Shown one piece after another: positions 7,395-15,270 of a stretch of DNA of 44,904 nucleotides. The stretch is from NCBI GenBank assembly GCA_011522915.1, contig WTIA01000044.1, forward strand, positions 1 through 44,904, read 5' to 3'. Source of the DNA: Methanobacteriota archaeon. GTDB taxonomy: Archaea; Thermoplasmatota; Poseidoniia; Poseidoniales; Poseidoniaceae. Position 1 is the stretch's first letter, and each line of letters begins with the position of its first letter. Under the pieces are notes generated by a model, which was not told where the DNA came from, made no database searches, and saw only the letters and a list, made by a program, of their open reading frames with translations. The translations under genes and the position numbers were made by a program.

Positions 7395-8852
7395 TCATCG
7401 ATTTTGAGTTCCACAAACCGGACAGAATCGCCAATTAGGATCAACACCAATTCTGCAACCTCTGCAGTGAAGTCCTGAACGAATCGTGGGTTGCATAGGT
7501 TGTACAGGTTGATTCCAACCTTGTTGTTGCTGCTGTTGTTGAGCGAGCCATGCTTGCTGTTGTTGCTGCTGCTGTTGTTGAGCGAGCCACGCTTGCTGTT
7601 GTTGCTGTTGTTGCTGCTGTTGTTGAGCGAGCCATGCTTGCTGTTGTTGCTGCTGGTTCATTGCTTGAGGTTGAGCCTGCTGCTGTTGATTTGGGGTGCT
7701 CTTTATTCCCGCTCTGATGGGCTTGACTGGTTTAGGTAGAGCCATTTTTTCCATAACATCGGGTTGAGATTTCAATTCTTCGAGTGTGACTTCGCCGTCA
7801 CCATCAGTATCTGCTTCTGAATGTAATTCTTCAGCTTGCTCTTCTTCCATACCAGTTGCTTCTACAATCTCTTGAACGGACAAACCGCCGCTATTATCGG
7901 TGTCTGCAGCAGCGAATGCTTCCTCGATTGTAGCCTCAGGTTCTGGTTCTGGTTCCGGCTCCGGTTCGGGCTCTGGCTCGGGTTCTGGCTCAGGCTCAGG
8001 TTCGGGCTCTGGCTCAGGTTCTAGATCCGGTTCTGGAGCCATTACGGAAAATGCACCTGCAAAGGCATCATCTGTCTTTTCTGATTCCTTTCGCTCATCA
8101 ACTTCTACAACAGGCTCTGTTACTTCAGGCAGTGGTACTGGTTCAGTAGAAGGGAGAGGCACTGATGTTTCTGCCACTATTTCTGGTTCAGTGGAAGGTA
8201 AAGGAGGCGCTGGTTCAGGTGATTTTTCCGGTTCTTTTGTTTGCGGTGCTTCAACAATTGTTGGTGCAACGTATGACGTTTCAACCTCTTTGGCGGTAGC
8301 ATTGCTACTTGCTAGACTTGATACTGGAGTAACGTGGCCTGCTACGTCAAAGCAGGCTTTTATTTCGGATGCTAGTGATAGTAAAGCATCCTTATTCGCA
8401 GCGGGATTTGATAGTAAAGATTCTACTCCGTTCAAGTATTTGGTTGCCTCTCCTGGACCGCCTGTTTGCTGAGCGATTGCGAATAGTTTTAGCAATCGCA
8501 TAGGGTCTGAAATTTCCTGTAACTGTTCTGATTCAGAATCTGAAAATTGACCTTCACTAATCGCCAATGCCAACTGTTCAGGTAGAGACATTACACCCAA
8601 ATGACCAGCGACAAGGAAGTAAATTTCACCTCCCTCACAGTTCAATCGTTCACTAGCCTCTTCGAAGTCGAAATCTCCTGGCTTCAAAACTAGGTCTGAT
8701 AGAAGTGAAAAGAATTTTTCAAAAGCATCTTCTCTTGACATTTCCATCATTTGATGGAGAGCATCTGACGATTCGAATACGCCAAAATAAGCTGCTGCAT
8801 CATCCACTTCAATACCTTCTGGCATTGAAACATCTGCAACATCTTCGCTCAA
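7395..8852 (-). CDS. Cytosolic low-complexity protein: globular N-domain, P/E/T linker with PPLP, (EP)14, two EF-hands, polyQ-AWLA repeats and a C-terminal zinc ribbon
   Basis: No signal peptide. EF-hand loops DTDNSGGLSVQE and DTDGDGEVTLEE match the 12-residue consensus. Q runs of 6, 11, 9 and 7 are separated by AWLA. The C-terminus is CRGC-x13-CPVC. TTG start at 8852 has GGGGGT 6 nt upstream. The alternative ATG is at 8825. Confidence 0.75.
   Translation of the reverse strand: MSEDVADVSMPEGIEVDDAAAYFGVFESSDALHQMMEMSREDAFEKFFSLLSDLVLKPGDFDFEEASERLNCEGGEIYFLVAGHLGVMSLPEQLALAISEGQFSDSESEQLQEISDPMRLLKLFAIAQQTGGPGEATKYLNGVESLLSNPAANKDALLSLASEIKACFDVAGHVTPVSSLASSNATAKEVETSYVAPTIVEAPQTKEPEKSPEPAPPLPSTEPEIVAETSVPLPSTEPVPLPEVTEPVVEVDERKESEKTDDAFAGAFSVMAPEPDLEPEPEPEPEPEPEPEPEPEPEPEPEPEPEATIEEAFAAADTDNSGGLSVQEIVEATGMEEEQAEELHSEADTDGDGEVTLEELKSQPDVMEKMALPKPVKPIRAGIKSTPNQQQQAQPQAMNQQQQQQAWLAQQQQQQQQQQQAWLAQQQQQQQQQAWLAQQQQQQQGWNQPVQPMQPTIRSGLHCRGCRIGVDPNWRFCPVCGTQNR
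7518..7691 (-). repeat. CAG/CAA (polyGln) tract containing three 39-45 bp units (Qn-AWLA)
   Basis: The plus strand shows GAGCGAGCCA(T/C)GCTTGCTG at 7541, 7580 and 7625, embedded in TTG/CTG runs. Confidence 0.9.
7935..8039 (-). repeat. Hexanucleotide (GGYTCN)n repeat encoding (EP)14 plus flanking PEPDL
   Basis: Direct reading: ggttctggttctggttccggctccggttcgggctctggctcgggttctggctcaggctcaggttcgggctctggctcaggttc. Synonymous positions vary. Confidence 0.9.
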
Positions 8853-8911
8853 TTCTTTACCCCCGTATCTTTCCCGAATTAACTACCCTTCTTGAGTGTG
8901 ATGCCTCTAGA

Positions 8912-11900
8912 TTACTCCTTGGACAAATCGATTATTGCTCTAGATTGCGGGGCTGACCATCCAGTAGTTTGTAATTGCATCAAAATTGAACGCTCATTAA
9001 TTCCGCCCTTTAGTGCGGTCTTTGTCCAATCAACAGCCGCTGCCCTGTCTGCTAATTCCTCAGTATCGAACAGATCTGGGTCGATTACAACTTTCGCTTT
9101 GCGAACCTTGCCATCCCCACTTACTGGCTTGCGTTTTGCCACTTTTTTGCCCGCAGTAGCCGCGCCAGAAGCCGGGCCACCGCGCTGTGGGCCTCTTGGG
9201 TCTGGACCACGAGAAGGTCCTGCGCTGGATGGACCTCTACTCGGGCCACCTGGAGGACCCCTGCTAGGTCCTGCAGATGGGCCTCTACTTGCACCGCCTG
9301 GCGGCCCTCTACTTGGTCCTGAGGTTGGTCCTCTTTGTGGTGAAGCGCCTGGAGGTCCTCTGCTTGGACCTCGTCCTTGTGGACCTGATGGTGGTCCACG
9401 CTGTGGACCTCTTTGTGGGCCAGATGATGGACCTCTTGAATTTCCTCTGCCGCCGAGTATTCCTGCCATGAAATCATCTTCATCATCGTCGTCATCATCG
9501 TCGAACCAGTCATCGTCGTCATCATCGTCATCGAAATCGAAGTCTCCACCTCTCATTCTAGAAATTATGATGGATACAAGTCCCAAGAACAGTAATCCCC
9601 CACCACCTGCTGCTGCATAGAATATCATTGGGTCCATTCCGAATATAGTCTCGTCTTCTTCAGTTGGTTCTGCTTCCACCTCGATTTTACATCCACTCGG
9701 ATATACATCGGCACCGGCGGGAGTGTTAGGACAAGCGTCTTCATCATCCATAATTCCGTCATTGTCGGTATCTGATTGGTATAGAGCGCATCCAAAGTTC
9801 AGTCTCGCTTCTTCTAGATACAATTCATTGATTTCCGTTCCTGGACACAAATCAGCATCGTCTCCATCTTGGTTATCTCCCCAGCCGTCTAAATCAAGAT
9901 CATCCCATTGTGTTGGATTGTCTGGGAATTTATCATCTCCCAACAAATCGCTATATCCGTCGCCATCTCTATCTAAGCAACCGTATCTTAACTTCTCTGT
10001 AGAATTACCCCACACATCAGGGCAGGCATCAGAAAAGTTTGCTCCAGGTAACTGAGAGTCTCCGTACCCATCTCCATCTCTATCTTGCCACTGGGTTACA
10101 TCGAATGGGAACGCATCACCTGTGTGAGTATCATTTAGAGCATCATAGGAATAGTTTCCTTTGAATCCGTCGCCATCTACATCTTCATCCAACGATGATT
10201 CATCGATACAACCATTTGCTAATACCTTGATTGGAGGCGGAGTTCCTGGGCATTCGTCTAGCAAATCATTGACCCCGTCAGTATCGGTGTCTTTTTGTGA
10301 GAGGTTGCATCCATTGTCATCGATTGTCAATTCTGGGTCAGAATCTGGACAATCATCATCTGGATCATTGACTCCATCTCCGTCCGAATCCACCTCTTTC
10401 TGCGCTGCTGAACAGCCATCATTGTCAACTGCGGTATCGATTGGAGTATCATCGCACTTGTCATCTCCATTAGAGACGCCATCTAAGTCATCATCAATTT
10501 GGAAATCTGAGCACCCAGCTTCGTTTACAGACTGGCCTTGCTGTGTGTTAGGACAATCATCCTCGCCGTCAGGTATGCCGTCTTGGTCTTGGTCCTCTTC
10601 CTGAGATTCAATAGGACATCCAATTCCAGGTTCTCCGTTGGGTTTAGTACCGTTTACCACGCCAAAGTCGTATGGGCAAGCGTCAGGGTTGTTTCCTTGC
10701 TGATTGTCACCCCATCCATCACCGTCGCTATCTGCTACTTGGGTTGAATCTGCAGGGAAGGCATCTGTTGAGTCCTCTCGACCGTCTCCATCAGTATCCT
10801 GACAGCCGTAATACGGAACGATAGTTTCACCTACTGAAGAGGTTGTTGAATTACCCCAAACATCAGGACAATTATCGAGATTTAATCCGCCCCTATTGGA
10901 ACCGTTATCCAATTCTGTCCAATTATTGGGATATCCGTCGCTATCGGTGTCATACGCCGCTGCAGGTATGGTTGGGAATTTATCTGGAGTTGTAGCTCCT
11001 TCAGACGAGTTATCCCCAAATCCGTCCCCGTCTGAGTCCGCCCATTGTGTTGGGTCTTGAGGCCACCAATCCGCACCGTCTTCCTCTGTCCAAGTGTACT
11101 GAGTTCCCCATTCATTATCTTCATACCAAGGGTCGGATGAACCGTCTGAGTCTGCATCTGGGCAGCCTTGCCGGTCTCTCCAGGAATATCCTTCAACGAA
11201 CCAACACCAGTCTCCATCTATAGGGTCATCTGGGTTGTCTCCATATCCGTCACCGTCGGAATCTGCATGTTGAACAGCATTGTATGGGAAGTAGTCTCCT
11301 GCTCTCTGAATAGATTCTAGTTCAACATTACAACAATCTGGTCCATGGTTATCGCCGAAAGTATCGAGGTCGGAATCCAAAGCCTGTTTCCAGTTTTCTG
11401 GGAATCTATCTCCTTTAATCGGGTCATCAGTCCAGCCGTCTTGGTCATCATCAGAACAACCTAATTCTCCCCACCAAGAGGTCCCATCGTCGTCATTACA
11501 GTCATCGTTGGCATCAGACCAGCCGTCCTCATCATAATCATCGCAGCCAAATCTGTCCAAGTTTGATTCACCATAATCAGATGGGCATGCATCTGCATGT
11601 GGCCCTGATGGATTGTCTCCAAATCCATCAGAGTCTGTGTCTTCCCATTGATTTCCAATGCTGGGCAGTGCATCGTGCGAATCTGGAATTAAATCCCTAT
11701 CCTCATCGCTTACGATTCTCATGGCGCTAAAATCGTTGGTAGATGATTGTGAATAAGCAATAACCAAATCGCCATCAACCAATTCCATACCAGCCATGTG
11801 TTCGGTGATTATTGACACGAATTTTGTTGAGGTTGTGATTCCTGAACCAGTAAAGGAACCCGTAGTCCAAACCAAATTATTGGAACCCAAATCAGAATTT

Positions 11901-14900
11901 GTAGATGTGATGTGCCACCTATCGCTATCGACTATGAAGTCGTGCTGTGTTTGGGAATCTGGGACATCCATTGAATGAACCGACCATGACCCATCAGAGG
12001 CACGATGAAGAATACCTTGGTCTGAATTATTGAAGTCATAGAGTGCATAACCACCTTTCATCACTAGAGTGTTGTTTAGATTTTGATTGCTCTGCAACAT
12101 CCACCTTTGATGGGCTGTAGACCAATTCCCACCAGTCAAGTTTCTTTCATACACCGTGAGGTATTCGCCATCGAGGATAGATATTGCTAGTTTGCCGGAA
12201 ACAAGTTCCAATTCAAATGATGAAGTTGTACTTGCGGGTGCAATATTTTCAACTGTATGGTTGGTACCGTTGAACTCAACCAATTGAAGGTATGTAGTAC
12301 CGTTTACTGATGCTATTTGAGCAATGATTAGATCGTTACCATAAGTCCAAATGGAATCAAAGTCATCACCAATTGTTGTATTGAGAATTGATACCTCGCT
12401 CCATGACCCATTTAATGTGTTAAGATATACCATCTTATCATCATCATCAACATAGACCATCCTTGTTTTGTCAGCAGAATCAACGTGAACTTTAATTGGG
12501 TACAATACGTCTATTGAAGAGCGAACTAATGAGGTAGAATAACCGTATTCGCCTTCAACCGTGTAAAATATTGATGAGAAACCTGGAGAAATGTGACCTA
12601 TTCTTTGCATACCGCTCAGGTCCAATGATGAACCCATTTCCTTTCCTACACCAGTACCGGTGTCCAGGCTGTAGTCTAGGCCTGTGTTTCCATCAACATT
12701 CATCGTGACCAGTGTTGGAGCACCAGAAATAGATTGCACGGCCAAAATTGTTGGCTTCCCTGCATTGGTTATACCCATTACCGCATCTTCTACGTCGCCT
12801 AGATATCGGAAATCCCATCGACCTGCAGAAGTCAATCCGTCAGGAGTGTTTTCTAGTATCATCAAACTTGAATCCGATAATTCAACCATCAACGAAGGAC
12901 TGCCACGCAGAGGGGTAAGCAAATCGATTCCATTCACCGATTCTGGGAATTCAAAGTTGACATTCTCCCAGTCTCTTTCCGACATTATTGTAAGCACAGG
13001 AGCGAAATTATCTCCTTGTGTTAGGTCTCTAGACGAGTATAACAACTCGCCCATCCCATCCCCGTCTAGGTCCATTCCTGTGAGCAAATTGAGACCAACA
13101 TACTGTCCTGATGATCCCTGTGCAAATAATTGAACATCGCTACGTGGGCCGTTTTCTGAACCCAGATACAAATTAACAGTTCCAGATTTTGATGCGGATG
13201 GCATCATTAACAAGAAGTCGTCATAGCCATCTTCATTGATGTCGCCTGCTGGTGAAATAGTATATCCCAATCTTGCGTTAGCGAATGGACCTTTCAATGT
13301 CCAATTCTTCACAGCTATTGTTTCATTACCGGACCACATGTGGACCTTACCGGTTTGATAAGGTGTTGTACTTGCAAATAATTCGCTGATAATTAGGTCG
13401 TCATACCCGTCGCCGTGTACGTCTCCAACAATCGACATCTCAAAGCCATACAATTTCCCTTGGTCCAGAGAAGAATGGGTATAATTGGGGTTAGAATTGA
13501 TTCCTTGTTCACTTCCCATGAAGAATTCTACTGAAGAATAACCCGTTGGGCTATCAATCGTTCCAGTGTTTGATACCACCATGTCAAGGTATCCGTCTCC
13601 GTTTAGGTCTCCTCTGGATGCAATTTGCCTTCCAAACATCGGCCCATATTCTGATTGGGTAATATTGGATTGATGAATCATTGCGGTTCTATTTCCTTTG
13701 AGGACCATTACCAAACCATTCTTTGTCAGAGTTGGCTGATTTTCGTTTTCTTCTATTAGTTTGTCAGCTACAATCGCTAAGTCATCACAACCATCTGATT
13801 CAACATCGCCTAGAGAAGTCATGGAAAAGCCGAGATTATCATCATCGGTACCATTCATCTCCCACCATGTCTCGGTCGAGATTCCTTGTGAGTTACCTAA
13901 CCTAATCGATACGTGTCCAGAGTTATTGACTGCCATGCCTGGTTCGCTTGAAGCGATATCATCAAACCCATCGCAATTAAAGTCGCCAATGGCAATTCCT
14001 TGACCTAGATTTGATTCGCTGAATGAGCCAACCAGAATTCTGTCTGCAGAAGCACTAGGTCCACTTGGAGAACCATAGTGAATCGAAATTGTGCCGTTTC
14101 CTTCAGGGTCAGTGTAAACCAAATCATCCATACCGTCCGCATTTAGGTCACCACTCAGAACCTCGCCTTCAGATGAATCATCATCGTATGTAATGACGCT
14201 TGTTGGTGTAGGATTTATTCTACCTGTGTCTTTTCCTGCAAGACTACGTAATAGGGAGATTTCATTGGAAGTGTTATCTGACTTAGAATAGGATATTTGT
14301 TCGATATTGTTTGAATCAAGATCCATCCCAATCGCATCTGTAATCGACATTCCTCTAGCTAGAACCTGACGCATTTCTGTAGTTTGATTGAACCTGAGAA
14401 GCCTTACTTCATTCTCGGATAAGTTGCTATGAGGATGGTAGGTGTAGACCACGTGAACCATGTCATGTGAATCGATTTTCACCTCAATATCTGAACCTAT
14501 TGGGCCTGCATCCAATAATGTTTGATTCCAAAATGCCTTGTTGAACCAAAGTTGGCGCAGGCCTTGGGTCTTACTATCCTTGAAGAAAATGTGAGTCCGA
14601 GATTCTGAATCAAATTCTAAGGTGAGACTGTCGGAATCGCTTTCATAAATCTCTTCTGCGATAGTTCTGATGTGCCAAGTTCTTTGGAGATAGACAGCAT
14701 TTGGTTCAGCTAACCGTGCTAGTCTAATGTGGCCTCCTGTCTCTTCGTTTGAACCATCCCAAATATCGTATGCGATTTGGATTCGATTTTCTTTTGTAAC
14801 ACCGATGGCGCAAGTGTCGGTTGAGTTTGCTCCAAGGTTTTGAACTACCAACGTGTCAAAACTGCCATTTTGGTGTAATGTGTGAAAGTAGACTTCTGTA

Positions 14901-15217
14901 TCATTGGTAGAACAAGCATATCCAAGGCCGGTTTCAGTGAGTACTAGGTCAATAGAAGAGACATCAGATTTGTTTTGAACTTCTTGAGTCCAATAGTCCA
15001 ATATAGATTCTCCACGAACAGTCCAATTTTTCCCATCGACGTTTATGACGTCTCCTTCTAAGTCATGTCCTGAGCCGGTAGAGAAGTCTACAGACAATGC
15101 CGCAGTATCATCTTTTTCCTCCAAGATGGGGATTGGAAATTGGAAAACTGGTGCTGAAATTTGTATCAAAAATATGGCGAGAATTGCAAGAGGCAGACCT
15201 TTGCTACGCCATGACAT
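8912..15217 (-). CDS. Giant type-I surface protein: signal peptide, beta-rich region, 7 FG-GAP (integrin-alpha-like) repeats, second beta-rich region, ~20 thrombospondin type-3 Ca-binding repeats, TM helix and a 215-aa cytoplasmic tail
   Basis: Single 2108-codon frame (track start 15238 is GTG, another GTG at 15229, first ATG at 15217 gives MSWRSKGLPLAILAIFLIQISAPV). FG-GAP motifs include GDLNADGMDDLV, GDFNCDGFDDIA, GDVESDGCDDLA, GDLNGDGYLDMV, GDVHGDGYDDLI, GDINEDGYDDFL and MDLDGDGMGELL. TSP3 motifs include DQDQDGIPDGEDDCPNT, DSDGDGVNDPDDDCPDS, DTDTDGVNDLLDECPGT and DTDNDGIMDDEDACPNT. TM helix is IFYAAAGGGGLLFLGLVSIIIS. Confidence 0.9.
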   Translation of the reverse strand: MSWRSKGLPLAILAIFLIQISAPVFQFPIPILEEKDDTAALSVDFSTGSGHDLEGDVINVDGKNWTVRGESILDYWTQEVQNKSDVSSIDLVLTETGLGYACSTNDTEVYFHTLHQNGSFDTLVVQNLGANSTDTCAIGVTKENRIQIAYDIWDGSNEETGGHIRLARLAEPNAVYLQRTWHIRTIAEEIYESDSDSLTLEFDSESRTHIFFKDSKTQGLRQLWFNKAFWNQTLLDAGPIGSDIEVKIDSHDMVHVVYTYHPHSNLSENEVRLLRFNQTTEMRQVLARGMSITDAIGMDLDSNNIEQISYSKSDNTSNEISLLRSLAGKDTGRINPTPTSVITYDDDSSEGEVLSGDLNADGMDDLVYTDPEGNGTISIHYGSPSGPSASADRILVGSFSESNLGQGIAIGDFNCDGFDDIASSEPGMAVNNSGHVSIRLGNSQGISTETWWEMNGTDDDNLGFSMTSLGDVESDGCDDLAIVADKLIEENENQPTLTKNGLVMVLKGNRTAMIHQSNITQSEYGPMFGRQIASRGDLNGDGYLDMVVSNTGTIDSPTGYSSVEFFMGSEQGINSNPNYTHSSLDQGKLYGFEMSIVGDVHGDGYDDLIISELFASTTPYQTGKVHMWSGNETIAVKNWTLKGPFANARLGYTISPAGDINEDGYDDFLLMMPSASKSGTVNLYLGSENGPRSDVQLFAQGSSGQYVGLNLLTGMDLDGDGMGELLYSSRDLTQGDNFAPVLTIMSERDWENVNFEFPESVNGIDLLTPLRGSPSLMVELSDSSLMILENTPDGLTSAGRWDFRYLGDVEDAVMGITNAGKPTILAVQSISGAPTLVTMNVDGNTGLDYSLDTGTGVGKEMGSSLDLSGMQRIGHISPGFSSIFYTVEGEYGYSTSLVRSSIDVLYPIKVHVDSADKTRMVYVDDDDKMVYLNTLNGSWSEVSILNTTIGDDFDSIWTYGNDLIIAQIASVNGTTYLQLVEFNGTNHTVENIAPASTTSSFELELVSGKLAISILDGEYLTVYERNLTGGNWSTAHQRWMLQSNQNLNNTLVMKGGYALYDFNNSDQGILHRASDGSWSVHSMDVPDSQTQHDFIVDSDRWHITSTNSDLGSNNLVWTTGSFTGSGITTSTKFVSIITEHMAGMELVDGDLVIAYSQSSTNDFSAMRIVSDEDRDLIPDSHDALPSIGNQWEDTDSDGFGDNPSGPHADACPSDYGESNLDRFGCDDYDEDGWSDANDDCNDDDGTSWWGELGCSDDDQDGWTDDPIKGDRFPENWKQALDSDLDTFGDNHGPDCCNVELESIQRAGDYFPYNAVQHADSDGDGYGDNPDDPIDGDWCWFVEGYSWRDRQGCPDADSDGSSDPWYEDNEWGTQYTWTEEDGADWWPQDPTQWADSDGDGFGDNSSEGATTPDKFPTIPAAAYDTDSDGYPNNWTELDNGSNRGGLNLDNCPDVWGNSTTSSVGETIVPYYGCQDTDGDGREDSTDAFPADSTQVADSDGDGWGDNQQGNNPDACPYDFGVVNGTKPNGEPGIGCPIESQEEDQDQDGIPDGEDDCPNTQQGQSVNEAGCSDFQIDDDLDGVSNGDDKCDDTPIDTAVDNDGCSAAQKEVDSDGDGVNDPDDDCPDSDPELTIDDNGCNLSQKDTDTDGVNDLLDECPGTPPPIKVLANGCIDESSLDEDVDGDGFKGNYSYDALNDTHTGDAFPFDVTQWQDRDGDGYGDSQLPGANFSDACPDVWGNSTEKLRYGCLDRDGDGYSDLLGDDKFPDNPTQWDDLDLDGWGDNQDGDDADLCPGTEINELYLEEARLNFGCALYQSDTDNDGIMDDEDACPNTPAGADVYPSGCKIEVEAEPTEEDETIFGMDPMIFYAAAGGGGLLFLGLVSIIISRMRGGDFDFDDDDDDDDWFDDDDDDDEDDFMAGILGGRGNSRGPSSGPQRGPQRGPPSGPQGRGPSRGPPGASPQRGPTSGPSRGPPGGASRGPSAGPSRGPPGGPSRGPSSAGPSRGPDPRGPQRGGPASGAATAGKKVAKRKPVSGDGKVRKAKVVIDPDLFDTEELADRAAAVDWTKTALKGGINERSILMQLQTTGWSAPQSRAIIDLSKE
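9173..9451 (-). repeat. Coding repeat: 13 RGP units with GPxx period-4 spacing (Arg/Gly/Pro/Ser-rich) in the cytoplasmic tail
   Basis: Translation RGPSSGPQRGPQRGPPSGPQGRGPSRGPPGASPQRGPTSGPSRGPPGGASRGPSAGPSRGPPGGPSRGPSSAGPSRGPDPRGPQRGG. Codons are heterogeneous, so the repeat is kept at protein level. Confidence 0.85.
9474..9547 (-). repeat. GAT/GAC run encoding DFDFDDDDDDDDWFDDDDDDDEDD, directly after the TM helix
   Basis: Direct reading of catcatcgtcgtcatcatcgtcgaaccagtcatcgtcgtcatcatcgtcatcgaaatcgaagtc. Confidence 0.9.
9689..11707 (-). repeat. Array of thrombospondin type-3-like DxDxDGxxDxxD calcium-binding repeats (coding)
   Basis: About 20 D-x-D-x-D-G motifs between residues ~1178 and 1850, many followed by C-P as in the TSP/COMP type-3 consensus. 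Confidence 0.8.
13004..14176 (-). repeat. Seven FG-GAP / integrin-alpha-like beta-propeller blades (coding)
   Basis: Seven copies of hydrophobic-G-D-x-[ND]-x-D-G-x-x-D-hydrophobic spaced ~55-65 aa apart, each followed by a G-x-V-x-hydrophobic-x-x-G strand (residues ~355-745). Confidence 0.75.
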
Positions 15218-15270
15218 ATCTCGACTCACAATCTTCACCCTACATTACTATTCCCAAAGTTTGCACATAC

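Noticed and set aside
7491-7739. 82-aa plus-strand ORF rich in poly-Leu
   Set aside because: It is the antisense reading of the CAG/CAA polyQ tract. The low-complexity frame stays open only because CTG/TTG runs lack stops. The minus-strand gene is continuous through real EF-hand and zinc-ribbon motifs.
7900-8472. 190-aa plus-strand ORF with (GS)n repeats
   Set aside because: It is antisense to the (EP)n hexanucleotide repeat and the P/E/T linker, an open frame created by repeat composition. It has no start context and lies fully inside the 485-aa minus-strand gene.
9173-9451. Collagen-like triple-helix repeat in the giant's tail
   Set aside because: Glycines recur mostly every fourth residue (GPxx), not every third (G-X-Y), and the segment is cytoplasmic by topology. 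It is not collagen-like.
8892-9620. 242-aa plus-strand ORF rich in G/P/L and poly-Ser
   Set aside because: It is antisense to the RGP and poly-Asp repeats of the giant gene's tail. The minus-strand frame runs uninterrupted for 2108 codons with recognisable domains, so this is a shadow ORF.
9723-10604. Ser-rich plus-strand ORFs (110 and 147 aa) and similar ones at 12684-13133 and 19497-19860
   Set aside because: They are shadow ORFs antisense to Asp/Gly-rich TSP3/FG-GAP coding sequence, where GAT/GAC/GGN codons read as stop-poor frames on the other strand.
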